Shown here piece by piece: positions 37,851-49,174 of a stretch of 64,000 bases of DNA. Each line of letters begins with the position of its first letter. Positions within the stretch are counted from its first letter, which is position 1. The position numbers were made by a program, and so were the translations under genes. The notes under the pieces were generated by a model, which was not told the DNA's origin, did no database searches, and was given only the letters and a program-made list of their open reading frames with translations. Source of the stretch: Lepidodermella squamata (taxonomy: Eukaryota; Animalia; Gastrotricha); NCBI GenBank assembly GCA_047495785.1, contig JBLDXI010000019.1, forward strand, positions 3,038,001-3,102,000. Direction: 5' to 3'.

Positions 37851-40359
37851 ATCAAAACCACGACTTAGGGCTTGGATGCTATGCTCTTTGACCTTGCCTC
37901 TGTGCGTGTTCGCCACGTGTGGACGTGCCACGTCGATCAAGTGCATGATTTTTTTGGTTTCCCGAAATCTTAATTTTGCCTGTATATTGATTCAAGTGGG
38001 TGTATCCCCACTTGCGCATTCCCCTTTCCGGATACAGCCAAATTAATTATAATATAATATGCCACCTAAAGGATTATTCGACAAATCCTGTTAAAGAGGC
38101 TAGATCAAGAGCAAGACCATCCATCTAATCAATCACGCTTAATCAGTTACTAATTGTACCAAGTCTCTCGCTCTTTCAAATGGCAATATCCATTTCAGCG
38201 TAGGATGCACGATGGACATATCATATTGCGTCATTTCGCTGTGTGGACTTAGTTTGACCATTTTTTTATCACCGAATTTGGAAACCGGGTTTTTAAATTT
38301 AGGCGACCAGTTTCAAAAAGCAAAGAGATGAGCAGGTAACAAATCCGTCAAAAGTCATATACAAATTAATGCATTTCGAAATTTCGAAACTTTCGCTACT
38401 AGGTATGGCAAGCATAAACTGAAAATCCCCATATAAGCAAACATATACTATGCCGAGACCCGGTATCAAACTTTAGGGGCATTTGGATTTTCAGTCTTAT
38501 GCTCTGTCATTTCGTTTCGTACACGAAGCTTACGAAGCTTATTAAATGTAGCTCAAACATTTTTGATGGCACAAGCCACACTGAGCATTGCTTCTTCTGC
38601 AACTTGACAGCCGCACATCTCCGATAACTCATCCTTTCCTACCATGCAACCTTGATTTTCCAAAAATTTGTCATTGCGTTACTTCGCCTGTATACGCTTG
38701 AAATCAGAAGCTGTGAAACGATTAACGCTAAATTAGTTAAATTAGTTCGCAACAGAATCCTACCATGACGGATTGTCCATAGAAGACAATCATTATGCTT
38801 CGATTTTATTTCCGACTGATTTCAATTGATTTCTAAAATGTTTAAAAGCTTAGACGCGTTTAACAAGGGAAGGTCTAAAATTAACGCTCTATACGTTGAA
38901 ACAATAGACACCAAAATCAAAATTTGTCAAAAATTAATTACCGTATTTGTTCATATAGCAGCCCGGGCTACTAAAATTGAATCATTCATGTTTGATGTTT
39001 AACATCAAATTTTTTTATTTCGACGGGCCAATTTTTTTCATTCAAATAACTCGAAATCAACCCGAGATCTGTCGCGCGAGCTCGAAACATGTGTTCTCTT
39101 TCATATTTAGCCAAAAAATAAAAATAACAACGAATGCTTTCCTTAGCTGAAATATTTCAAAATTTCGGAAACTTTTTTTAAAAATCAAGTTTTGGGGTAA
39201 TTTTCAAAAATAAATAGCCTATCGTGGTCTACTCCTTGAGACCAGTAAGAAGATATTTTCAGATCGAAAATCGGAGGCCCAGGTGATGAGTTATCCTCTA
39301 CGATACTTTTACATGGAAAGATGCAGGGCGATTTTTTCAATTTCAATTTTTTGCACTTTCGTAAAACACACTTTTCGATGTCTTTTTCTCGCTTTTGTGT
39401 GCTTGGACACGGATTAAAAACCATTGTTTATTAATCCAGTTTCGCCTCCTTCCCTTGGCGTTTAACAATTGTGAACATTTTTCCGCGTTCACTTATCAAC
39501 TCACAAAACCTAGCTCACAAAACCTAGCGAACGAGCTTCGTGTACGTTACGACGGGTTCGTTCACTCAAATGGGTTAAATGGGTTGCATTTTCATTACGA
39601 ATTATGACAAGCGGTATGCGTATTTCGTTAGCGGCGGACTAAAACGACCATTGAGATGACACATCCTAACTTAGCTCACTATAATGGTGCCACATGTTCG
39701 TTCGGTGCCACACGAGGATTGAAAGTAAATCTCGAGAGTTAAGCTCTAAAAAACTCGAAAAGTTCCTCGATCAGCTTGATTAATCAAGCCGGCTTCGAGA
39801 ACTAAGTAATATGTCTCCATTAGAATTGGATGATTCAAAACATTTTATAACCATTCGTCTTGCGGCTTGGATAACAACCTTTTCCCGGTTTGACACAAAT
39901 AATTGCTCGAGATGGCTCGAGAGGAGATACCGCGTCTTGTCAAGCCGGAGATCCGATTGCAAAATTCAATGACTTGTGCCAATTGAAGTATTAGGTATGA
40001 GAGTCTAATTGTTTCGCATGGTAAGAATCAATTTCAACTAGAATTGTTTTTACATAAATGTTCTATGGTAATTGTTTTGTATTTTGAACTTATGCAGTCA
40101 TGTGTGCTGCAGACAACATCTCTGGGTCCGCTGCAAAAGCTTAATTAGATAAACTGAAGAGACATGGCGAGAGTCATTGATGTGACAAAATGTTCCGAAT
40201 CCATAAATTGATTTGTTCCTTGTTACGAATATTAAATTTCCTATTTTAGACCAGGTCATCGTTAGGACAGGAGTACAGGCTGCCCAGGTATGGCAGATGA
40301 CTATAAATTGACGGATAAGTGTTCACATGTTACGAAACCACGGATTCCGCTGCAAAAAA

Positions 40360-40734
40360 ATGAAATTTTATTTGCAAGTTTTACTAACATTATTCATATC
40401 CTCTGTGATAGTCAACGCATCACCTCTACCCATCGGGAAAAGTACCCAGAATAGTGCAATGGAACTTGCCATGTTTAGTAAGCTTTATAAGCCTAGAATG
40501 TAGCACCTGTTAATGATGTGATTTCCCAATATAGGGCAACATGTTACTACTCTGGTTGCGAAACGCGATATCGAAGGGCTAGCTTTGTTGGTTTCTGCGG
40601 CACGACAAAGACAGCAGCGAATGCGCATGAAGAAATGCTTGGCCAAACTTGGCTCTTGGTCGATCTGCAACCACACAGTCGGCTTCTACTTGTGGGCTCA
40701 ACTTTTGGCACGAGAAATTATGGCTGGAAACTAG
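40360..40734 (+). CDS. Small secreted C-x9-C family protein O (not in ORF track), exons 40360-40477, 40535-40734
   Basis: TATAAAT at ~40302; MKFYLQVLLTLFISSVIVNASPLPIG; intron GTAAGC..ATATAG; CLAKLGSWSICNHTVGFYLWAQLLAREIMAGN*. Confidence 0.9.
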
Positions 40735-40871
40735 TTGCTAGTATTTTCAAAGCCACATTCATTGATTTCTTGGCCGAAATAAACTTGGAACATGGAGTAA
40801 TTGCACTAAATATGTTACATTGAAATGAATGTCATTCGCATATGGTATCGAAATATCAATGAGAGTCTACT

Positions 40872-40935
40872 GTTATAAAGAACGTTGATGCTCCAGTTTA
40901 CGACACAGCCATGAAGTTAAAGCTAAGTCTTCGTG
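40872..40935 (+). pseudogene. 5' fragment of a family gene resembling Q
   Basis: TATAAAG followed by GCCATGAAGTTAAAGCTAAGT, matching GCCATGAAGTTAAGGCTGAGC at 51252; no continuation. Confidence 0.4.
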
Positions 40936-42590
40936 AGTTATGGATATAGGATAGAATCGCATGAGTCGCATCCGCTTTTCAAATTCCGCGATTTCATTTA
41001 CGCCGAATTTTTTTTCCGCTACGATCATTTTCGCCTCACGTCTTTTCCGCTACAAATAAATTTCCGTCAGTCAATTCCTAAATTCCTAAATTCCGTCAAT
41101 TCCTAAAAACCGAGACAAATGGAAAATTGGAGAAACAAACACGTATAGCTAATAGCTAATAACTAGATAATTCCCCTTAGTTTTATTTGACATGATATAG
41201 GCATAAGATACGACCGAAATTCAACCAAATCATTACAATAATCTGTCGGCAGTTTATTTCATGCATTTATTTTTATACTGGTGCTTTTTTATACTGGCTG
41301 CTAAACCACTCGCAGCCGCTGAACGGTTTCACTACGAAAGGGAAACCTCTGAAGTAATATATCGGTCAGAAGTTTTCAACACCCTTTTTTCTTTTTTTTT
41401 AAACCTCATCTCTCAGTGGCTTTTTTGTTGAAATTATCTGGTCATTGAGTTGAAAATCATTTAAAATCACTTGTGGAATGAATCGGAGGCATAGCGGATC
41501 TGTCAGTTGGCTAAACTCTTGATAGCTTAAGTGTGAAGGCCTGAAGCTTGAAAAGGCGTCTTCTTACAATTGGTCTGTTCGAAATTCATGTGAAATATAT
41601 TAAAAACCCAAATGAGCTAGTTAGACGCGGGAGATCTCGTAAGTCGACCCTGTTAATGCGACGCACGACGCACTGAAATTCATAAAATTGCGGATCTAGA
41701 ATTAGCGGAAATAACTGCCAGAGATCGGGATGAATGGCAATTAGTGTGTAATAGCATCGAAAATTATGAATTTTTGGGCAGAAGAAGGTTGCTCGCGACC
41801 GATCTGATGGCCCCTGAAACCGATCGCCTGTCGTCAGCCGTCCCCTAAACCCTTAGGGTAAGGCTCTTTTCTACTTTCTAATATTAACATCACATGCCTA
41901 CGGAGGACGAAAAATAAAACTGATTCATTTGGTCATTTTGGTCATTGAGAGAAATCGTTTACTATGAAATTCGACCCGAAATTCGTTTTCATTAGAACAT
42001 AGAAGCTATTTCTTTCTGCTGTACGCTTTATGTTGCAGTTCTATGGACCCTTTTCATCTATCAATCAAACTCTGTTAATGAATTGGGACCCCAGTGAGCT
42101 TACAAGGCGAGACATGAGTCTGCAACGTACATCTCGAGACAAGAGACAATAGCGGATTGAGAGCTGTTGGCCAATTTACCCTTAGCGGATGCAGTAAGAA
42201 GCTACTTACCCAGTTTTTTCATTGATGTTGATTGAGGTAATTGATTCTCAACAGATTCCGGTCGTTTCTGTTTTCATGTTTCAATGCAAGACACAAATGT
42301 AAATTGGCAGCAATAATTGAATCGGCCCTATTTCAATTTAGACAGGCGTCATATTAGCGATCGCAGGAGACCTTTGATCCATTCGCATAATCAAATCGTC
42401 ACCCTGAACATTAATTTTGCGAACTCATGGGCTAGGATCTAATTTCTCAGAAACCCATGCCCTGAAAGAGACTGGTGGCAGCTATAAAAGGTGGCAGCTC
42501 TACTCCTAAACTTCCCACGGATTTCCTAGTGTGCTAGCAAACTGTTAGCGAGTTGCATAACTTTTTCATCGTGAAAAACTACAAATCGAG

Positions 42591-42885
42591 ATGTATTATT
42601 CAGCCATCAAATTGTTCACTTGCTTGCTGGTGTTCGAATGCGCTTTCGCTCAACTTTCGTTGCAAGTGCCCCAAGCCAGCCATGGATCGCTGCTGGTGGA
42701 TTTGAGTATTTTTTCATTCCTATTTCCCATCTCATTGTTTTTAACGGCAATTCGTTCAAGAGAACGGCATTGACCAGATGACAGCAGCTCGCAATATTAT
42801 TCTGCTGCTGGACTTCATGAAAGCGGTAGGGAAGGAACGAATCGAAAGGCAGAAGCTGAAGTGTCTAAAAAATTGGTGCAATTGA
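42591..42885 (+). CDS. Small secreted family protein P, divergent, possibly frameshifted in the A-run at ~42867-42872 (exons 42591-42705, 42761-42885)
   Basis: TATAAAA at 42483; MYYSAIKLFTCLLVFECAFA signal; phase-1 intron; KNGIDQMTAARNIILLLDFMKAVGKERIERQKLKCLKNWCN*. Confidence 0.65.
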
Positions 42886-43524
42886 TTTGTGAAACTCAGG
42901 ACCACCGCTGGGCCAAAAAACCACGAACGGCAAAATATGATTCGGCTATTATAAATTGAGTGTGATTTGATTGTGACAGCTTACTTCTCAATATAAATGA
43001 TCCCACAATGGTAATGCAAGTCTATCACCTACTGATTTGAGTTGCTTTCTGTCTCCTCACCTCTTCTAGCACTAGCGTTCCTCTTCACGTTCACCGTAAC
43101 CGATATACCTTAACCTGCTGATATTTTCATCATTTTGCCTCTCCCACCGTTGTTGTGCCGTGTTTGTCAATTGTCATGTGTTGTCATTTTTTTGTTGGTT
43201 TTGTTTCGCTTTTAATTTTTTTTTTCTTTTTTTGTTTTTGTATTCAATGTACCATGTCGAATAAGGATAATAAAAATTTGTTCGTTCGTTCGTTCGTTCG
43301 TGTTACAAAAACAAACAGAAAAGAACTGCAGATTAGGTTATAAAATATTGCGATTATGATATTTTATTATGATTAGACATGCATCAAAAGACTTTAAAAA
43401 GCAGTCACCCGCGGTTATTTCGTAAATAGCAATGCTGTCTGCGAGTTATTTTGGGCGCAAATGTATGCTTATATCGCTACCCTCAGGCGTGATCATCAAT
43501 AGATGATAGATTTTGCTGAAATCG

Positions 43525-43922
43525 CACCTGCTTTCTCCTTACGAGTCATTTCTGTGGATCCAAGAGGTTACTACTACTACAACCAAGCACCCCAGTTCCG
43601 GCACTTGGAGTCGATACATAGACATAATTTAAGATGGACTGCCTACTCACGAGAAAAGAGCGGAACACCGTGGGTCGCAGATGTTCAGCTTAATCATGAA
43701 AAAAGCTCAAAATTTCGATGGGAAAGTAAACAAAGAAGGGCGATAAAATTACAACCGATGACGCAATCAGTGAAGTGGACAGCGGACTCAACTCAGTGGT
43801 TCCTAATACCTCGGCTGAAATCAGACAATACAGATTGGTATGCTTTTACCGCTGAAATATTTATGCCATTAATCAACTTCTCAATTAAAGTATCACGATC
43901 TCGTTCTTGCTATCCATCGCGA
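43525..43922 (+). pseudogene. Extra broken copy of ankyrin gene exon 1/intron
   Basis: Tandem duplicate of the 29355-29640 segment; ATG changed to GTG, ~130-bp insertion, frameshift. Confidence 0.85.
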
Positions 43923-43964
43923 TGCTACTTTTTTGCACCTGCTTTCTCCTTACGAGTCATTGCG

Positions 43965-44373
43965 ATGGATCCAAGAGGTTACTACTACTACAACCAAGCA
44001 CCCCAGTTCCGACACTTGGAGTCGGTACGATCCGATAGCGATAAAGTTACAACTGATGACGCAATCAGTGAAGTGGACAGTGGACTCAATTCAGTAGTTC
44101 CTAATATCTCAGCTGAAATCAGACAATACAAATTGGTATGCCTTTAGCACTGACATTTTATACCATTAATCAAGTTCTCAATAAAAGTATCACGATCTCG
44201 TTCTTGTTATTCATCGCGATGATGCATTTGAGGTGGATCGCCTCATTAACTACAACGCAGATGTGAGCAACCCGGATAATATTCTCAACATGGAGTACAT
44301 CCTATTCAAAATTAAATCACGTGAGAAAATAGAACTGATCAGAGCCCTGAATCGACATGGGCTCTATCAATGA
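43965..44373 (+). CDS. Ankyrin gene copy 3 with in-frame 945-nt deletion of all repeats, 118 aa (exons 43965-44135, 44188-44373); may be a pseudogene
   Basis: Exon 1 near-identical to copy 2 incl. DSGLNS; splice sites intact; EYILFKI joined to KSREKIELIRALNRHGLYQ*. Confidence 0.6.
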
Positions 44374-45829
44374 ATCGTTGTAAGCATGAATTGTCGGATC
44401 GTTGTATTTTTGTGTTTGTTGACAATAAATTCGTCATGAGGATTAGGTTTTCTGAAGCTTCATTTTTCCCGAACGAAGCTCGGAGCTCGAAGGCACATTT
44501 ACGGATCCACGGCGGCTTCCTCCAGGCAGTGAAAACCTGTGAAAGGCTTGTTTTCGATTTTCGATTAGAATTAATCGCGCGCTGCGCTTCCTATTGGTCG
44601 ATTTGAAATAATCGGGGGAATCTCGCTAACGCCGCTGCAAAAGAAAACAGTCGTCGACTTAACATAAGTATTCCTAGCTAATAATCTAGACCAATGCAAA
44701 TTAAAGAGCCACATTTCCCCTCTCCACATGCTGTTAATAAAGATTTCAAGTGAATTATCCAATCAATTTCCAAAATAATTAAGTTTCCCACAATCCAGAA
44801 TTCAATTACTGGATAAATTAATCATTAAGCAAAGGCTTCGAAATTCAACCTGTGTGGTTCAAAAGTTCTAATGGCATGAACTTGAAAAAGAGAATTAGAA
44901 AAATTTCAACCTTGCTGCTATCAAATCAATCGGCAAAAATGCAGATTTAATGTAATTAAATGCGCGGAAATTTTCTACTTTCTCCTATCATTAAATTACT
45001 CGTTGCTGCTTTGTTTTCATTCATAATACTGCTATCGTTCGGTTTGTTGAACTAAGCGTAAGATGCGACCGCAATGCAAACTGAGCTGGCTGCAAGGCAT
45101 TCATAATTTCGTGTAGTAGCGACCAATTCATATCGTTCAAGGTTTTTTACTGCAAAGAGAAAACTAATTAGAGCTAATTTTATTGCTATGTATTATTGCT
45201 ACTTCATAATACAAACTAAAACCCCGAAGGCGAACTGCCCTTAGCAGTCCAACGGCTCATCTCAAAGCGGGAAAGAATCAAAATTGAATTGGATTGAATC
45301 AAAAAAGTTCTCCACTAAAAATACGCTCCAGAAGCTCTCAAAACAGCGGAATAGATTCTCATTTTATTGTCTGGCCCGCCCGTGCTGGGGGATGACCCCC
45401 CCCCCCTCCAGCCTTCGACGGAAATTACTGGAGGAAATAATAATAATATGTTGTATTTTTGCTCAGTGTGTTGTGTTTCTTCTACAAAACTTTTCACGTC
45501 CTAAATGTGACTGATGTAACTGTCTTGCAATTATATGTTGTTTTCCTTCTACTTTGTCCGCAAGCCTCCCTCTCTTGGGTGTAACAGCTTCTAAAAAAAT
45601 ATAAATAAAAAGATTGTGTGGATCAGTAGAGCAGCTAAAAGCAGTCAAACATGAATTTCAACGAAAACTAAGCTGTAAGCTGTAAGCCATAAAGTTGCAG
45701 TCAATACGCAGTACGAGCGGCAATACAGTAAACAGTAAGGTCGTACGGTAAGAGCGCAGCCAATCAAACCCATTTCCAAGATTTTAGAACGTTTAATTTA
45801 GACGCAAAAGCTATGATAATGAGGATTAA

Positions 45830-47050
45830 TTGTGGAGAAACCACTATTCTGATTATTTTCAACCTGGGATTCAAAAGATTTTTTTTCTGAGTTTCTACAG
45901 TGGAACCTGTCATCTCGGAAGTTGAAACCATATCATGTCAAATTATCCAGGAAACGTGTATCCATCGCGCTCTTCAGAATCTGTATGAAACGTATCAGAT
46001 TCTTCAGAATCGTAGCCCTTGATGGTGTTTCTTGCAATATCAATGAAATAATAGTTGATGGTAGTCAGATTGAATAATATGAATCTCGATTCTATTCATC
46101 ATTCATCTACCCTCGAGTCGTTAAATGATAAGAAAAGTTGCAATTCGATTGGATAAATATAATAGTGGCATGAATTCTGTTGGTAAACACCTGACTTGTC
46201 GATGAAGTAAGTGGAATAACTTCAGCATTTACACCTTCAGCAGCCCTGGGACACAACACTCTCCATAAACTCAAGCAGAAGTCAAAAAAATTTTATTCTG
46301 CATTCACTTGAAAATACAATACAGCCAATTATTTTTTAGCGTTGCGTATTATTCATTGAAGTCTTCATTTTCAGGATAGTTATTCTCGAAATTTCTTTAT
46401 CAGCTCATGACTTTTTGTAAAAACGCCACGTAAGAATATCCGCTTCGCTTTCATCAGTGAATATTAGCAATATTTACTTAGTCACTTTACTGACGGTAGC
46501 CAGGCGTAGGAGTCGCGTTTATGCCTAAACACACAAGCCAGTAAGCCATTGTCACCCACGCAAAATGAAGCTCGTTATACCATGTGGAAGGGAAATGTCT
46601 CCTTTGCAACCATATATCAGCTATCAAATGATGATGATGATGATGATGATGATGACAAATGTTCGGCAGATCGACTGAGTATCTCAGTAAAAGAACGCAC
46701 GAGAGTCGAACATCCGATTTGAGCACGCTGAGTTCAGGATTTCTTTATAGAAAGTTGGCTGGGGAAGCGATAAACATATGGCCAGATGACAGGCGTGATT
46801 GTCGCTTCAGGAGCATCATTCAAGCTCCATATTATGACGCAATTCGACCAAGTGTGCACGAATCTCGATGTGCTGTGCGAGGAAGGCGGTGATGAAGTGT
46901 ATTGTAAAGATAGTTGTAAAGATTGTAAAGAAAGTCCCTTAGTCGCTTTGGTTGATCCGAATCTACCAAGCGCGAAGTCTTCCCAATTGATGGTTGCCCA
47001 TGTTCGCAAATATCCTGCAGACAACTTTATAAAACAAGCGAACAACCGAA
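45830..47050. repeat. Duplicate of 31150-31730 degenerate sequence, interrupted by a ~650-bp insertion ending in (ATG)n
   Basis: Collinear matches (e.g. GGCTGGGGAAGCGATAAACAT; CCGAATCTACCAAG); insertion ~46013-46670; (ATG)9 at ~46628-46654. Confidence 0.75.
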
Positions 47051-48081
47051 TGCCAAATGTTCATTGCCTTGCAGTTAAATTATAACTTGAATCGCTGAAT
47101 TGTTGATGTGACGTATATCCCCAAAATGCAAAACCCGCCGCAGTAACTAACTGCAGGATTATAGCTTGATCCGCTTTGGAAAGAATAGCATTGATGATAT
47201 CGGAGAGCATTGGGTATGTGTTACGCCAGCGTGGGCAGCTATCATGCGACCCACAGCAACAGGACTCGAGCTGTTGAGCTATAAGCGACAAGTTAGTCGG
47301 TTAGTTGTTGAAAGATGTCCATTTCTGGACACCCAGGAAGACCGAGTATTGTGATTTCTAAAACTAATTAAAGAAAGGCAATTATTAACAAGATTATGTT
47401 ATGAGGAAATTTTCTAGTGTCAGTCGGTATGAGAGTTACCTGGATTCGCAGAGACATTGGGAGCGTGCAACGTAAACTCGATGCATTAGTTGCATGATCG
47501 GCGGATTGCTTCTTGAGCAGAAACCCAAGACATTATTTTGGAAGGAAGATAGTAGTGTAGCAAGGCAGCTATACGACTGTCGAACCGCGACCAATGTTTC
47601 GTGGATTGTCATATCATTCAGTGCGCTAAACATGTCATTTCGAGACAAAGACAGAGCAAAGCTTATTCATCATTAGTCAAATATTATTGTCTTTTTCCGC
47701 GCTAAAAATTGATTACAGACTTTTCGATGAAAGATAACGCAAGCTTTTTTAAATTTAAGAAAAATAATTGCTTATTAATAATTATTCAAACATTATTGTT
47801 TATTTTTCGCGCTAAAAAGGGGGTTTTGCGACGAATCCACGTGCATAGAAATGACAGCTGAACTTGCTTGGATTGCTGCCACCAGGATGAAGTTGTTAGC
47901 GGCACCCTGGATCGCAAGCAACGACGATTCATCATGCGCAGCTACTGAGATGAACACGCTGGCAGGCCTATAAAACACGGCTAAAACTGATGAAAAATTC
48001 ATTCTTTCTCAGCATCAACTTTTCATCAAAAACAATTTCATTTTCGAATCTTTCATCAGTCGTTTAATTCAAAGCTAAAGA

Positions 48082-49174
48082 ATGATGTTCAAGCTTACGA
48101 TAGCAGCCTGCTTAGTAAGTTTTAGAATTAATTTCTGATCTTGATTAACATTTTATGAATCAATTTTTGAAATAGGTGGCAGCAGTCATTTCGAATCCCC
48201 TCATGGAAGCCATGAGAGGCGAAGAAAACTACCAAGAAGCCAAGCGTGGTGAGGAAAACTACCAGGAGGCCAAGCGTGGCGAAGAAAACTACCAAGAAGC
48301 CAAGCGCGGTGAGGAAAACTACCAGGAGGCCAAGCGTGGCGAAGAAAACTACCAGGAGGCCAAGCGTGGTGAGGAAAACTACCAAGAAGCCAAGCGTGGT
48401 GAGGAAAACTACCAGGAGGCCAAGCGCGGTGAGGAAAACTACCAGGAGGCCAAGCGTGGCGAAGAAAACTACCAGGAGGCCAAGCGTGGTGAGGAAAACT
48501 ACCAAGAAGCCAAGCGTGGTGAGGAAAACTACCAGGAGGCCAAGCGTGGCGAAGAAAACTACCAGGAGGCCAAGCGTGGCGAAGAAAACTACCAGGAGGC
48601 CAAGCGTGGCGAAGAAAACTACCAAGAAGCCAAGCGCGGTGAGGAAAACTACCAGGAGGCCAAGCGTGGCGAAGAAAACTACCAGGAGGCCAAGCGTGGT
48701 GAGGAAAACTACCAGGAGGCCAAGCGCGGTGAGGAAAATTACCAAGAAGCCAAGCGTGGTGAGGAAAACTACCAGGAGGCCAAGCGTGGCGAAGAAAACT
48801 ACCAGGAGGCCAAGCGTGGCGAAGAAAACTACCAAGAAGCCAAGCGCGGTGAGGAAAACTACCAGGAGGCCAAGCGTGGCGAAGAAAACTACCAGGAGGC
48901 CAAGCGTGGTGAGGAAAACTACCAGGAGGCCAAGCGCGGTGAGGAAAATTACCAAGAAGCCAAGCGTGGTGAGGAAAACTACCAGGAGGCCAAGCGTGGC
49001 GAAGAAAACTACCAGGAGGCCAAGCGCGGTGAGGAAAACTACCAGGAGGCCAAGCGTGGCGAAGAAAACTACCAGGAGGCCAAGCGTGGTGAGGAAAACT
49101 ACCAGGAGGCCAAGCGCGGTGAGGAAAACTACCAGGAGGCCAAGCGTGGCGAAGAAAACTACCAGGAGGCCTAA
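48082..49174 (+). CDS. Prohormone/neuropeptide-like precursor, 343 aa, 32 x GEENYQEA separated by KR (exons 48082-48114, 48176-49174)
   Basis: TATAAAA at ~47968; spliced signal peptide MMFKLTIAACLVAAVISNP via GTAAGT..AAATAG; 30-bp repeats differ only at synonymous positions. Confidence 0.92.

Noticed and set aside
43503-44147. 214-aa ORF
   Set aside because: Accidental read-through across two tandem exon-1 copies, an insertion and intron sequence
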